A stretch of DNA of 58,862 nt, filler included, from Mitosporidium daphniae (lineage: Eukaryota), in assembly GCF_000760515.2 (NCBI RefSeq). It is 2 parts of 2 records of this genome, joined end to end, with 100 filler letters (N's around TTAATTAATTAA, not from the genome) between each part and the next. Parts side by side here need not be neighbours in the genome. Positions count along the whole stretch, not along the records: positions 29,488 to 58,862 come from NW_013546190.1; 1 more part is not named here. One strand, given 5' to 3'. Position 1 is the stretch's first letter; every line of letters starts with the position of its first letter. The notes below the pieces were generated by a model. It saw only the letters and a list, made by a program, of their open reading frames with translations, ran no database searches and had not been told where the DNA came from. The position numbers were made by a program, and so were the translations under genes. Shown here one piece after another: positions 47,837 through 58,862 of the stretch.

Positions 47837-50800
47837 TTATTTGGATACAGGCTCAAGGAGAACCACGCCCTCAAGTACAGGGCTGAGAGCAGAGTATGCC
47901 TCATTAGCANGCTCTGCCCTCTCAGAATAAGATAAGATCACAGGGGTAGCATGCGTCTGAAAACCGGTGATGGTCTTTGGACGTCCGGCCTGTCCTACAA
48001 CATCAACTGCTTGACCGACGCGGACGGAAACATTCAGCGGTTCCAATGTTTTTGCGTCAAGAGTCATCAAGAATCGAGGGTAAAGAGCTGGCACAAGCAG
48101 GAAAAAAAGACCCGGATTTTTATCAATCAGAAATTCCGGTCCAAGGGAGAGAAAGATGGAGCAAATCGAAATCAGAGCCATCAACGACGGCTTACAAATG
48201 AGCGATTTGTGAGCGTGAAGCGGCGAAGCATGAAGGATTCCTTTTCCGGAATGCAAAAGCCCTTGTGCGAAACGCACCCCAAATAACAGATGGCCATCCC
48301 GAGAATAATACGAGGCCAGTGACCTGAGCATAATGGCCAGACGAGAATTATTTGTTCCCGCTCCAATCAGACCGAGGCCAAAGATGGCGCTCATGGCCAC
48401 GGCCGTGTCATGGTCGTGAGAATATTTGGAAAGCGTCTCTAGAATGATTGTCTTGGGTGCTGAAACTGACAATAGCCCCATAGCCAATGGGACGGCACGG
48501 CGGATCGAAATATCACCATAGTGCATCTAAAAATCAAACAGCAGCAAATACCAAATGCCCAAGAAGCCTAAATGACATCTCAGTACCGATCTCTTCTCCC
48601 ATTGCAATAGCGGCAAGAGCAATGACAGCATATGGTCTTCCATGACCCGGATCTGGGTGCTCATTTTTTGCATCTTGCTGCTCTTTTTGGCTCTTGTTTT
48701 GTAAACAAAGAGACGTAACTGCCTCTTGGATTTTCAATACATTTCCAGACCCGGCATAGGACATCATCATGATAAGAGTCTCGGCCTGTTTTACCGTAGG
48801 AGCATGCGAAATCACACGAATCGATTCAAGAACGACGTCAATCATATCGTCGCTATCAACACTGCTTTTTTCGTCGACATAATATTCAGAAGAGCGGGAA
48901 AGGAAAAGGAAGGACAGTCCAAGCAACATAAGCTGCACAAATGGATGCTCCAATTCGCTTTCTTGCAAGCTCATCAGGCTCTGTATTATGGTTGAGGTAA
49001 TCTCTGGATTTCCACTGCCACCGAAAATCAGCCCCAATGCAAGAGAAGCCAAACCAAGGATCTCCAAATTGAGAGGGGAATCCTCAGAAACATCCAAAAG
49101 AGGAAGAAGTACATGAAGCAGTGGTTCTTTTCTTGTCCCAATATAAGCAATACCGAGCCTATGCTAAATTATACAAAAATAATACCCAATGATGGCAGAC
49201 ATCCGAATGTTGTGATCGATGCCGGGTGAAAGGGATTCTGAAAGTAAGGCCATGGCTGGCTCAGCTTCATTTTCCACGTTACAAGAAACGATCCCAATCG
49301 CCAAAAGAGCGCCCGCCTATTGTCAAATCAAAAGAAAATAGAATACCCTAACATTTGCATCCCCCGATTCTAGAAACTTGTCCAAATGTGATAATGCCAC
49401 TTCAACGTTCCACAGGTGCATTAGCCCAATGCTTGCAATATTACAAATCAATGCTAAAAACAATAAAAGCCGATTTTAACGAACCATTTCCCCGAGCCTG
49501 CAACAGTCGTGATTCTCCCTCCGCTCCAAGAATCAGCTTGTCACTCCCAAATCCGGCATTTAAAAGTCCATTGACAAAAATAGAAGCCAGATCTTCTTTA
49601 GCAGGATCAGCAGGTACGAGAAGAGATGAAAATCTTCCCGGATTTTCTAAATGACGCTTGTAGACTTCTTCTGGGCTTTTGGGCTCTGTGACCTTAAACT
49701 CGGAAGCCAAGATGCTAAAGAAATGTGAAAGCTTTGAATTTGTTAAAATCTGCATTAGTTCCCGTTCTTCCGTTTCATCCATACAATGAGATACGTCTGG
49801 AATTATGCGCTCACGGGCCAGCATAAAGGAAAGCTGCCTTTTTAGGCCCCTAGAAGGTTAAAAAGACCAATTAGAAATACTTTTCGGCATTTGTGAAATC
49901 TTCTTGGATGGCCTGTAGATCCCCCAGGCGTAAAGCAATCAGCATTGCCTTTGGCACATCCTTGACTTTACGGTAGACTCCATGTATTACTCGAAGCAGC
50001 TTTTCATCATCAGGAGATGCCTCATAACCAACACATCTAGAATTATGGATCGGAGTTTGCAATGGTTACGAGGTGAGATAGAGGGCAATTCGTTGATAAT
50101 TTCTAGCATCAACAAGAGAAGTTAATTGGGATAAGATTTCAACTTCTACTGCCAAATCACACGCATCGGCATCTGCATTATGCGCTAAGAAAAAAGGTAA
50201 CAGTTCAGACGCCAAAGCTTGCAACTTTAAGCGGAGCGAATAATTTTCGAAGGCCTCTTCATATTCTCCCATGATCTCCATTGATAAGTGGCTTGAAAAA
50301 TATTAAAACTCCCCATAGTTACCTGACATATTCGTGGCCCCAAGCGCCGGGTGCTTCCGCAGAGGCTCCGTGCATCCGGTAATGGAGGGTCAAACGCTGA
50401 TCCTGTTCCCCATATGCCATGCTAAGCACAGACAAAATATCGGAAAGCTTTGCCTAAATGGAAGATGCCGTTTTACACGGAAAACAATACCTGATTTGAG
50501 TGGTCCATTGCCACCTGCTTTCCATCATGCAAATTCCGAAGTTGGGAATAATGGTCTTTCAGATATTTGATTGGCTTTGGAACACTAGTCATTGAAGTGG
50601 TTGCATTTTTGATTGCACTGGCAAGTGCATCAAGCGCTGCATTTACCACGCTTTGATCAACATCCTTAATGAAAGAAAGCCGTGAATACCTGGACACGCT
50701 CTACAAGAAGTTGGAGTTGCTCCTTCAGTAATCTGTCTTCCTCAGACTATGGTAAACATAAATGGGATATAGATTACGATTTCAGAATCAACATCCTTCT

Positions 50801-50885
50801 TCCCCGGTTCCGGATTAGCGTGAGAAGCTGGTGCAGTTGGGTGAAGGGAAGAAGAAGATTGTTGTAGGGGATTATTAGCGTCCAT
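47837..50885 (-). CDS. RPN1: 26S proteasome regulatory subunit RPN1 (PSMD2), about 9-10 short introns
   Basis: TTSMTSVPKP, HNADADACDL, YAGSGNVLKIQ, AMGEEIGTEM, IRRAVPLA, RVGQAVDVVGQAGRPKTITGFQTH. Confidence 0.93.
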
Positions 50886-50950
50886 TTGATAAAATTAAAT
50901 TTTCAAATTCCTTTATTTTGCATGTTTACAGATTGTATTCAGCAGCCTGC

Positions 50951-51370
50951 CTATAAGGCTGTTTCGTGGCTTATGAAGAACGGCAATATTTCAAATTGAA
51001 GCTTGATCCACTCGCTTTCAAAGGGCGCTGGCTTGTTTGTGCTTACAGCCTCAGGGGTGTCTCCAAAAAGGTAAACCCCTTGTGGGTATGAAGAGGGAGT
51101 AATCTCGGCCAAGGTAGTTATCACAATGTCTTCCTCATTTCCGGCCAAAGTGATGTTCATTTTAAAGCCTTCTGGGGCACTTCTGATCAATATATCCTTG
51201 GCCCTGTGAATGTCCTGCCCGTCGATCACATGCGACCATACTGTGTCAATCGCATAGGATTCTATCACTTTCCCCTCCCTGTCGAGTAGATCAAATTCGA
51301 TTATGCCTGAACCATTTGTGTTGTGCGCAATCAGCCCGATCATTGCAAGAATTATTAGGACGAGCTTCAT
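50951..51370 (-). CDS. Small secreted hypothetical protein (139 aa)
   Basis: MKLVLIILAMIGLIAHNTNG is signal-peptide-like. Intronless, no recognisable domain. Confidence 0.6.
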   Translation of the reverse strand: MKLVLIILAMIGLIAHNTNGSGIIEFDLLDREGKVIESYAIDTVWSHVIDGQDIHRAKDILIRSAPEGFKMNITLAGNEEDIVITTLAEITPSSYPQGVYLFGDTPEAVSTNKPAPFESEWIKLQFEILPFFISHETAL

Positions 51371-51516
51371 TTTGCAAAATAAAGTTTTGACCTCTGATGT
51401 GATGATATTCCCCAACGCCGAAACTTTAATTTCAAAGCGACATGTAAACCCCATCCCAGCGTCATATTGTATGCTACAAATTGGCACAGCTTGCCATGTT
51501 TATTAACCCAAGCACG

Positions 51517-52605
51517 CTATGATAATGCTGCTGCTCCTGCCTTCAACCCAGTTGGGCGAAGCAGCTCCAACCTCTCTTCCCTATTTGGAAGAGCCAAAGG
51601 CACTCGTAGACGATATGAGAATGGATTAAAAAAGGCGCTAAGAAAATATGTCATCGCCACAAGAGTTTCGGGAGTTTTCTCTTGCAATTGTAGGGGGAAA
51701 TGTACCTTCAAGTGCGGTCTGATATAAATGTAAAACGGATTCACATTTGGCGCAGAAAAAAGATCGGAAAGGCCATCAAAGTGGCCTTCGACATCGGGAA
51801 ACTTGAGGCAATCTAAGGGCGATATAACGTATGTAGTTTTTGCCGAGAGAGGATTATCGCCGCTTTTAAAGGCCCGCTCATGAAATTTGTGTCTGGCAAT
51901 AAGCTTGCGCCGTAATTTGGACTTGACACGTTTTATAATATCCTCGGACAGCGGGTTGAACGAGTTCGAGCGTGTGAAAGCGCCAAGCATCTCATCACGT
52001 GCAATTTTATGAACATCCAGTGAATGTGTCAGCAGTCCGTTTCTTGTGGGAAGACGTTGGAACGATGGATCTGGAAGGTAAAACTCGCGGAGCTTATCCA
52101 GAAATTCAAAGGACTCGGCCTCATTCCGCAAAGAGCAGCTGATTTTGAGACCAGAATGCGAGGAAGTGGCTTTTCTGTAATCATCGGCACTCATCATGTT
52201 CTTTGCGTGTTTTTTTCCGGAAGCTGCATTTGAAGCGAAATTGAGCTTCGTCAATAGAAGCGCTCTTTTTTCCTTGTCTGATCTTCTACCATTATCAGAC
52301 ATTTCATCTTTGACAGAATTGGGAGACGAAGGCGACAAATAAATGTTGCTTGAAAGCCCATTGAACAAAATTTCAGACGTTCCTTCCCTGAACACATTGC
52401 AAGGTGTAGCGTTTGGTCGCTTGCCAGTGAGAAGCTGGAGCAAAAGTGCCGACTTGTATTTATAGTTTGGGTTATGTGCAGTACCACCGTCTAAAACCAT
52501 GGAGACATCCATGCTAAGAATAGAAACATAGCCGTTGAAGAGATTGAGCATATCAGGCCGCAATATCCGCTCATAGTACTCCAGAAGCCGATTCCTGAGT
52601 AACAT
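51517..52605 (-). CDS. MRPL7: Mitochondrial ribosomal protein uL5m, divergent
   Basis: RLLEYYERILRPDML, LLTGKRP, GLKISCSLR...FEFLDKLREFYLP and FPDVE follow the L5 pattern. Start uncertain. Confidence 0.65.
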   Translation of the reverse strand: MLLRNRLLEYYERILRPDMLNLFNGYVSILSMDVSMVLDGGTAHNPNYKYKSALLLQLLTGKRPNATPCNVFREGTSEILFNGLSSNIYLSPSSPNSVKDEMSDNGRRSDKEKRALLLTKLNFASNAASGKKHAKNMMSADDYRKATSSHSGLKISCSLRNEAESFEFLDKLREFYLPDPSFQRLPTRNGLLTHSLDVHKIARDEMLGAFTRSNSFNPLSEDIIKRVKSKLRRKLIARHKFHERAFKSGDNPLSAKTTYVISPLDCLKFPDVEGHFDGLSDLFSAPNVNPFYIYIRPHLKVHFPLQLQEKTPETLVAMTYFLSAFFNPFSYRLRVPLALPNREERLELLRPTGLKAGAAALS

Positions 52606-52680
52606 TGAATATTTGCACAAAATCTAAATAGTCCCAACGCCATTTATTCAATTAAAATTTAGCCGACGAAAGATGGCCCG

Positions 52681-52734
52681 TGTGCCTATCTGTCTGTATG
52701 TATGTCTGTGTGTGTGCCTGTGTGCCTGTCTGTC
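52681..52734. repeat. Low-complexity TG/TGTC/TGCC tract
   Basis: TGTGCCTATCTGTCTGTATGTATGTCTGTGTGTGTGCCTGTGTGCCTGTCTGTC in the intergenic spacer. Confidence 0.8.
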
Positions 52735-52788
52735 GTTCACTCGAGCTCATATAGACCGGGAATCTCGTGAAGCCCAAAACGGTCAAAT

Positions 52789-54449
52789 TTAAGAAAAAAA
52801 TTTTGTATTGCGAACAAAAAAAGAGCATATCGCCAAGAAAAGGAACACAATAAGAATCATTAAGACTAAGAAAAGGAAAACAGTTTTAATTGGAAGCGAA
52901 AGCGCGTTGGAAATAAAGTCGCCGATATACATTCTTAAATGCAAAAATCTAACACTGGAGTCCACTGGGTTTATGCTCTCTCTACATTCTTTCTCAGCCT
53001 TGAGCTGTTTTGACCTTATGGCATAGAGCCCGAAAATTGGTTTGTGGTCCGAAGAAATGATAAATGGCGTTGAAGTGTACACCTCTGGCTGGATAGTGTT
53101 TGCGCCAGAAGAGTAATATAGGATCCGATCGCACCAGCTTGGAATGTGGACAGACTTGTCGATGATGTCGAGATGGTTTGACCCCGGGATATACTTGTAA
53201 GTTGGCGGGAAAGTGATTCTTGCCTCATCAAACTCGGAGAATGAGTACCTGCTGATCCGATCAAAGGTTAGCTGATCAAAAGCAAGCAAAGCGGGCCAGT
53301 TTTTGTCCTTCAGCCATTGGGGAATATTTCTCCACTCACTTTTGTGGCTCCCCCCGTTGATCTCCGCGTTCAGCGGAATTGGGGAAATCGGAAATGACGA
53401 GGGAAAAGGCCCCAAAGATGGGCTCATTTGAATAAGTGGAGAGATATCTATCTGGGTTTCGTCTGGGTTTCTTGCAGTGGTCTCCATATTCTGATCAAAA
53501 AGACAGTTCTTATCGGAAAGCCTATAATTAAAGTCGCCAAAGAAAAAGGCAATTGAAGTGGAAGTGATCCTAGCATCTGAAAGAGCATCATCGCCTTTTC
53601 CGTGCAAAAAGAGCCTGTGGAATATCGTTTCATATTCGGATCTTCTGGATGCAATGTTATTTGGATTGGCAGAAAAATGAGCATTAATGACTGAAATGTC
53701 GCCCTCAAAGAGAGAATCGCCATTTGCATCTTTAAGGGACACAGAGAGCTGGACCCCAATCGCCCCTTTCGATCCGACAAACAAAGGACCGGTGCCAAAA
53801 TGAGCCCTTCTACAAACCGAAACCGAAAGTGAATTGCCTTTGGGGTAGGATGTTCTTTGAAAGATAACAAGGAAGAACCCCATCCATTGAATCGATCCAA
53901 CAACGCAATATCGAGAAAGGTGATTCGGAATGAAGGTAATGCTTAATGCAGCTTCAATTTGGACAATCCACTTTTTTACTTGGGGATCTTCCCAATGAAG
54001 AGTTGCCTTCCATTCCTGAAACCCGAGAATGATGAGGTCCGGATGCGAATCTACTTCGCCATTTGATAAGAACCCTTTGCCGGACAGAATATCGTATTCG
54101 GTCAGCTTTTCCTGTTGCGAATACCCGCCCGGGGTAGATGGCGAAAGCGAGTCTGAAGAGTCAAATAGACAATTTTCAGCTTCAAATGGATTAACGCGTT
54201 GGCACTCGAAGGCCATATGTTTGAGCCAATGTGTTATTTCTGACAAAGAAGACTCGTTCTGGGAATTGATATTCCACGAGCCAATCATGATTTTCAGCGA
54301 TGGCTTTTCATTGCTCGTCAGGAGAAGCGGAGGCTGTTCATGGAGCATTAATATTTTTAGGGTTAGCAAACTTGAGCAATAGGCAAAAGCTTCTCTACCG
54401 ACCGTGAAACATTAAACTTGGAATTGGGCTAATCATAACATGTCGCACA
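52789..54449 (-). CDS. Inositol polyphosphate 5-phosphatase with C-terminal TM anchor (Inp54-like)
   Basis: GSWNIN, LGFQE, SKGAIG, NAHF, FGDFNYRL, FPPTYKY, PSWCDRIL, SDHKPI and a hydrophobic tail. 5' exon(s) uncertain. Confidence 0.88.
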
Positions 54450-54598
54450 TTTTTGAGGTTTTAAATTTATTTAGAAAAAGAATGTCTAAATGTGTGCATG
54501 TGTGTGTGCCTGTGCAAATATTCATTTAGAAAGGCATTCCCGCCTACCCGCTTAAATTCTTGCGTCAAATATGATGTTGTGTCCAAATTTTCAGCAGC

Positions 54599-55963
54599 AT
54601 GGGCGATTATCTTCACCCACCACAAACACCACCACCCTCCTCCCCAAGAAGGGTAAATAAGGAACACACAAATGTTTCCTTCAATTTCAGCACCCCCGTG
54701 CAATCTTCTCCCAATTGTCACCCAAATGGAAAATGGTCAGCAAGTGCGGAAGAAAATTTGCCATCTAAAAAGTCATCATCAAGGGTTCTCAATTTCTCTC
54801 TATCCCAGTCAAAAAAGAAAAAGAAAAGGAGAGAATCCAGTGAGGTTCCTACTTTCTGGGGATTGACAACAATGACTTCGCCAAATTTTAATCCTTCCCG
54901 CCTCACTTCACGTCAGCAAGCGTCTTTGATGTCAAAATGCGAAGCCTTGGGAAGAAATATCGATGCCTTTACTCCCGAAGTGCTCTCAACACTTTCTCCT
55001 TTTGTTCTGGATCGGATCTCAAACGAATCATCAGGTATTATACCGTGGACTCAACAGCTGAATACAACATCGCCGAAGAGATGTTCAGACATTTCAGCAA
55101 CGGAATCCCATGCTGAAAAAGAAAACTTGCTTTCTTCCACAGCAAAAGAAAATCCCCGCTTCTCCAGGAAGGTAAATCAGAAAATTAGATCTGCTGCAAC
55201 CGTCGAAAACCCCAGCATAAAGTTATCAACTAAAGCTCAATTTAAATCGAAAAAAGATTTTGTGCCTACAGATGGTGCAAAAGATAAAGGCACAAATTCC
55301 AAGCAGTGCCAAATATCGCTTGCAAAAGTTGAAAAGAACCCTAAAGGATCACAATCCTTAAATACAGACAACTTTTTGAGGAAAATCCACATGATTTCGC
55401 CAGATTCAAATCATGACTTTGTACAAAATGCCGCTTCCACTTTTTTAGATGTTGCAAAGCCTACTTTTAACACCGACCTTATAAAGGATAACAAAAATAA
55501 TGGTCCCATTTTGGAATCCGTTTTTGGAACGGAACCTGGCAAAGTCTGTGAAACTCCAATTGCCAACGAATCGCATGGATTCTTTTCAACTAATCTGTCG
55601 CAGTTATCCGATAAGCCCCTTGCTAACCCTTCGCCAATTTTGATAGAAACTGGTTCCACATCGCCAGTGCAGAATTCTTTTGCATCCGAAATTGTTGTGC
55701 CCAGATGTTTCCTTCCCTCGCTGCCAAGTACGGGGACTCGCTTTTCAAAAACCTATCAGGACATAATTTACAAAAGAGCCGTTTGCCAGATTCACAAGTT
55801 TATATCTGAAGATGGTACGTGCTGCAAAGATCTGCTCTCAAAAGTAAAAAACTGCTCTAGCCCTTCACTAGCTCTGCAATGTTTCCTTTCTTCAAATGAT
55901 GATCTTTGTCTTCATACAAAAAAGAACGAATTAATTTCATTTCTTACCTATCTGCTTGTTTAG
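54599..55963 (+). CDS. Hypothetical S/K-rich protein with NLS-like KKKKKRR; may splice on to ~56091
   Basis: 454-aa ORF after an AAATTTT motif. Low-complexity N-terminus, Cys-containing C-terminus, no family recognised. Confidence 0.6.
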   Translation: MGDYLHPPQTPPPSSPRRVNKEHTNVSFNFSTPVQSSPNCHPNGKWSASAEENLPSKKSSSRVLNFSLSQSKKKKKRRESSEVPTFWGLTTMTSPNFNPSRLTSRQQASLMSKCEALGRNIDAFTPEVLSTLSPFVLDRISNESSGIIPWTQQLNTTSPKRCSDISATESHAEKENLLSSTAKENPRFSRKVNQKIRSAATVENPSIKLSTKAQFKSKKDFVPTDGAKDKGTNSKQCQISLAKVEKNPKGSQSLNTDNFLRKIHMISPDSNHDFVQNAASTFLDVAKPTFNTDLIKDNKNNGPILESVFGTEPGKVCETPIANESHGFFSTNLSQLSDKPLANPSPILIETGSTSPVQNSFASEIVVPRCFLPSLPSTGTRFSKTYQDIIYKRAVCQIHKFISEDGTCCKDLLSKVKNCSSPSLALQCFLSSNDDLCLHTKKNELISFLTYLLV

Positions 55964-56235
55964 GCCAAGTTCGCTGGCTTAATTTTGAACGAGCTTTACC
56001 TGTCTTTCCTGAAGGACAGTGTATATGCCATATCCAATTAAAATATCATTTTTGTCATCTACATAGCAAAGTACCACTTGGCATACTTTAATCAATAGCT
56101 TTATTAAGAATCCATTTGTGGCCGATCATTGATTTGTCGGGCGTGACGAACTCCGCCATTTGATGGTACATTAAATTTGCGTATATGTTACAAATTTAAA
56201 TTGATATCGTCGAGGGTGGCCAAACCTAAATTTTC

Positions 56236-57788
56236 ATGTCTATTGCCCCAATACATCCACAGAATTTTCCATTTATATATTTTGGCCACCCCCTTATCCT
56301 TTCAGAGGAGAAAAGCAAATTTGTGCCCATTTGGAAGCAACAGGTACTTTGTTTTCTGATTCTCCCATCTCTAGGCTACGGACGAAAAGGGTCGGAAGAG
56401 GTTTCATGGTGCTTTTACAGGTGGGTTCACAGCCGGCTATCACAATACCGTTGGATCAAAGGAGGGATGGCTTCCCTCTGAATATAAGAAAAAGAGTTAT
56501 TCTGGAAATAGGGAGGACCGTCTGCTTTCCATTATGGATGAAGAGGATGTTGACGACTATTCTCAGGCTGCACATTCTAGAGCTTTATTACCAAAGTCTT
56601 GTAGAAAATTGACCCTCAATTTAAAGATCATCCCCATACGTTCGGACCAGCAAGCTAGGAAACAAAATTTTGACTCCAGTTGTCCTTCTTTGCAAATCAT
56701 CGCGCAGGCAAGAGAATTAATGGCCGAAGGTCAATTGGGACAATCCGTTTCTTCAAAACCCAGAAGCAACGAAGTTATTGATGATGATGAACAGAGCTAC
56801 GAGGATGATCACTGCTACGGGTCTCCGGAGCACCGAATTGATGAAAAGAAATTGAGCATTAAAGCCAAACTTTCGATCGCTCCGTTTGAATTAAGGGTGT
56901 ATGAAGCACTATCAAGTACCGACATCATGGCGAGTGAAAAAAATGAAATTCCAATTGATTTGCTTGTGACTCCTCAAACAATTCCAGAATCATTTTTTCT
57001 TACCCCAAGATCTGATAAAATTGACCATTCTGCTGCAACAGGATCTATTCTTACGCCAATGGAGGCGAATGCAGCCCTTTCTTCATCGTATGAACCATTT
57101 GAGTCTGCTCCTGAAAAGCAAAAGCGATACAAGTTGTTTCTACATTCTATTGCGAAAGGAAATAATTTACTACTTGAGGTTTGATGAAATATTTTTAAAA
57201 GCAAAATAGAAAGACGAATTCCACGAAATGAAAGAGTTCTACCGGGCTGCTTTGATATTTAGACCGCTGTCGCATGAAATGTCTCAGCGGTTTATTTCTT
57301 CCACTGGAAAAGAAGAGCCTCAAAATAGAAAAGAAGCTTCCAGCATAGATGCGATTATCGGGGAGCGGGCAATCCCTTGGATTCCATCTTTGATTCTTTG
57401 TAAAAGACTTGGAATTGACCCTCCATCGAAAAAAGAGCATATGCCACAAAAATTTGTCAAAGAGATCTTGGATAGAGATACGATGCGCTTAATGCTTAAA
57501 TCCCTCTCATCCTCATCGACACCTGTTCTTGATNTGGAATCTGAGGATTTCGTTTATGATTCCATTACTGCCTTTGAACTTAGGCCGGAGCCCTCCTTCT
57601 TTAAGGAGCTATTTGATACACCTGCTTCCTACAACCTTAATAGTGATTTATGTATCAGAAATGAGACTTTGAACGATCAACCGGTAGGATCTGTTGAACC
57701 AAAGCCATCGGCTGCCAAAATCATCTCCAATGTCCCGAAAAAAAATATCGCTACCAAACAGCAGGGAAGGACTTTGTCTTTCGATTGA
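56236..57788 (+). CDS. GPATCH1: GPATCH1-like splicing factor, spliced and shortened
   Basis: After intron 56344-56374: [30 protein letters not shown], then [17 protein letters not shown] and [16 protein letters not shown]. Confidence 0.85.
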
Positions 57789-57991
57789 CATCCCCAGAGA
57801 TTTTCTTTGATCGAAATGCAATTAATATTTAAAAATTAACCAATCCACATTGCAAAGTCCTATCATATGAACACGACCAAACATGTATCAACTTTAAATA
57901 AACGTGGATCATGCTGCTCGGTTAATTGTAATTATAAATTTATTGCCCATCCTCCACTTCAATCATTTGGCTATTTGTGGGTATGAATTTT

Positions 57992-58862
57992 TTAGGACCA
58001 TGGTCCAAACATTTTGCATTTGTGATTTTTAACATCCTCATATGCTGCCATGCGCTTTGTTTTAGAAGTTGCTGTTTTTTCAAATGGAACTTCACTTATA
58101 TAGATAAAGCTGGGGGTGAGGACTGGAGGAAGTTGTATTTCTTTGGTTTTGGCTTTTTTCATAATTTCCGAAAAAGTTTTTTTTGCTTCTGGTTTTGTTA
58201 TAGATTGTCCCTCTTTGTATGAAGTCTGGTAAACAATGATGCTCATAATGCCTTTCACTTGGTTATAGTAAAGCAGAACCTCAGTAGATTCTGTGTTAAT
58301 AGCATCCTCATAGTTAGCGAGATTGTAATATATTCCGTCAGTTGCTTTAATTACGTCATTGCCTCTTCCCACTATCGAAATAGCGCCATTGTCATCAAGC
58401 TTAACAAGATCACTAGTATTAAGCCATCGTTTACCGGAGTTAGAATCGATAGCGAATACAGCATTTGTCTTCTCAGCATCACCGTAATATTCACGGAAAA
58501 GAGTTGGCCCGTTGAGGAAGAGAAGATAGATGTTGAAATCTTGGGCAACTAGACAAAAAGATAAGCTCGGAATGGGATGTCCAACAGAATTATACGTATT
58601 TTTCCCTTTTTTAGTTATAAAGCTAGCAGCACTGGTTTCTGTCTGTCCATATCCTTGACGAATATCGCAGTTAGGGAGGGTATCTGAAATCCATTCATAA
58701 ATGTCCTTGCCGAGAGGTGCAGATCCAATAAGCATAGCCTAAATATGAGAACCATAACATGTATACCTTGAGCCTGTTTCTAAAAATAAGCCAGAATGAA
58801 ACTCTCGAAATAAGTATACTACCCCAATATCTTAATCGCTTAGAAAAAGACAGCATAAACTA
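57992..58862 (-). CDS. Long-chain acyl-CoA synthetase-like AMP-binding enzyme (3' part; begins outside the window)
   Basis: LIGSAPL, QGYGQTET, SVGHP, GPTLFREYY, WLNTSDL, IVGR..DVIK. Intron near 58739-58766. Confidence 0.75.

Noticed and set aside
10466..57534. Isolated single N bases inside genes (10466, 11058, 13044, 47910, 57534)
   Set aside because: They preserve frame, so they are ambiguous base calls or polymorphisms rather than lesions.

Overview
Eukaryotic, very gene-dense DNA with intergenic spacers often 20-150 bp. Most GT-AG introns are tiny (24-45 nt), an AAATTT-type motif sits just before most start codons, and there are fungal-type genes (copper-fist factor, kexin) plus mitochondrial-ribosome, MPP and peroxisome genes. 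My inference is a compact early-diverging fungal/microsporidian relative (Mitosporidium/Cryptomycota-like); this is not confirmed. The window is two contigs joined by an artificial 100-nt N44-TTAATTAATTAA-N44 linker at 29388-29487, so adjacency across it is not real. About 35 protein genes are recognisable or supportable, including Clr4/SUV39H, eIF4A-III, HUT1, KEX2, two subtilisins, bS18m, REI1, PRE1, PEX11, a DnaJ protein, DCP1, HMG-CoA reductase, thiolase, MPP-alpha, RPB1, SPC1, a CDF transporter, a copper-fist factor, a HECT ligase, UTP17, THO2, RPN1, uL5m, an inositol 5-phosphatase, GPATCH1 and an acyl-CoA synthetase. There are also two tRNAs and two decayed regions. Best leads: (1) a thiolase carrying PTS1 instead of PTS2, next to a membrane-domain-less HMG-CoA reductase and near PEX11; (2) a copper-fist regulator with an internal domain, head-to-head with a CDF metal transporter; (3) both tRNAs lying 20-24 nt upstream of an mRNA start codon; (4) a kexin with no propeptide; (5) a pseudogenised bacterial-type methyltransferase; (6) a small spliced SelK-like gene. 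All assignments come from motif recognition by eye; no searches were run.
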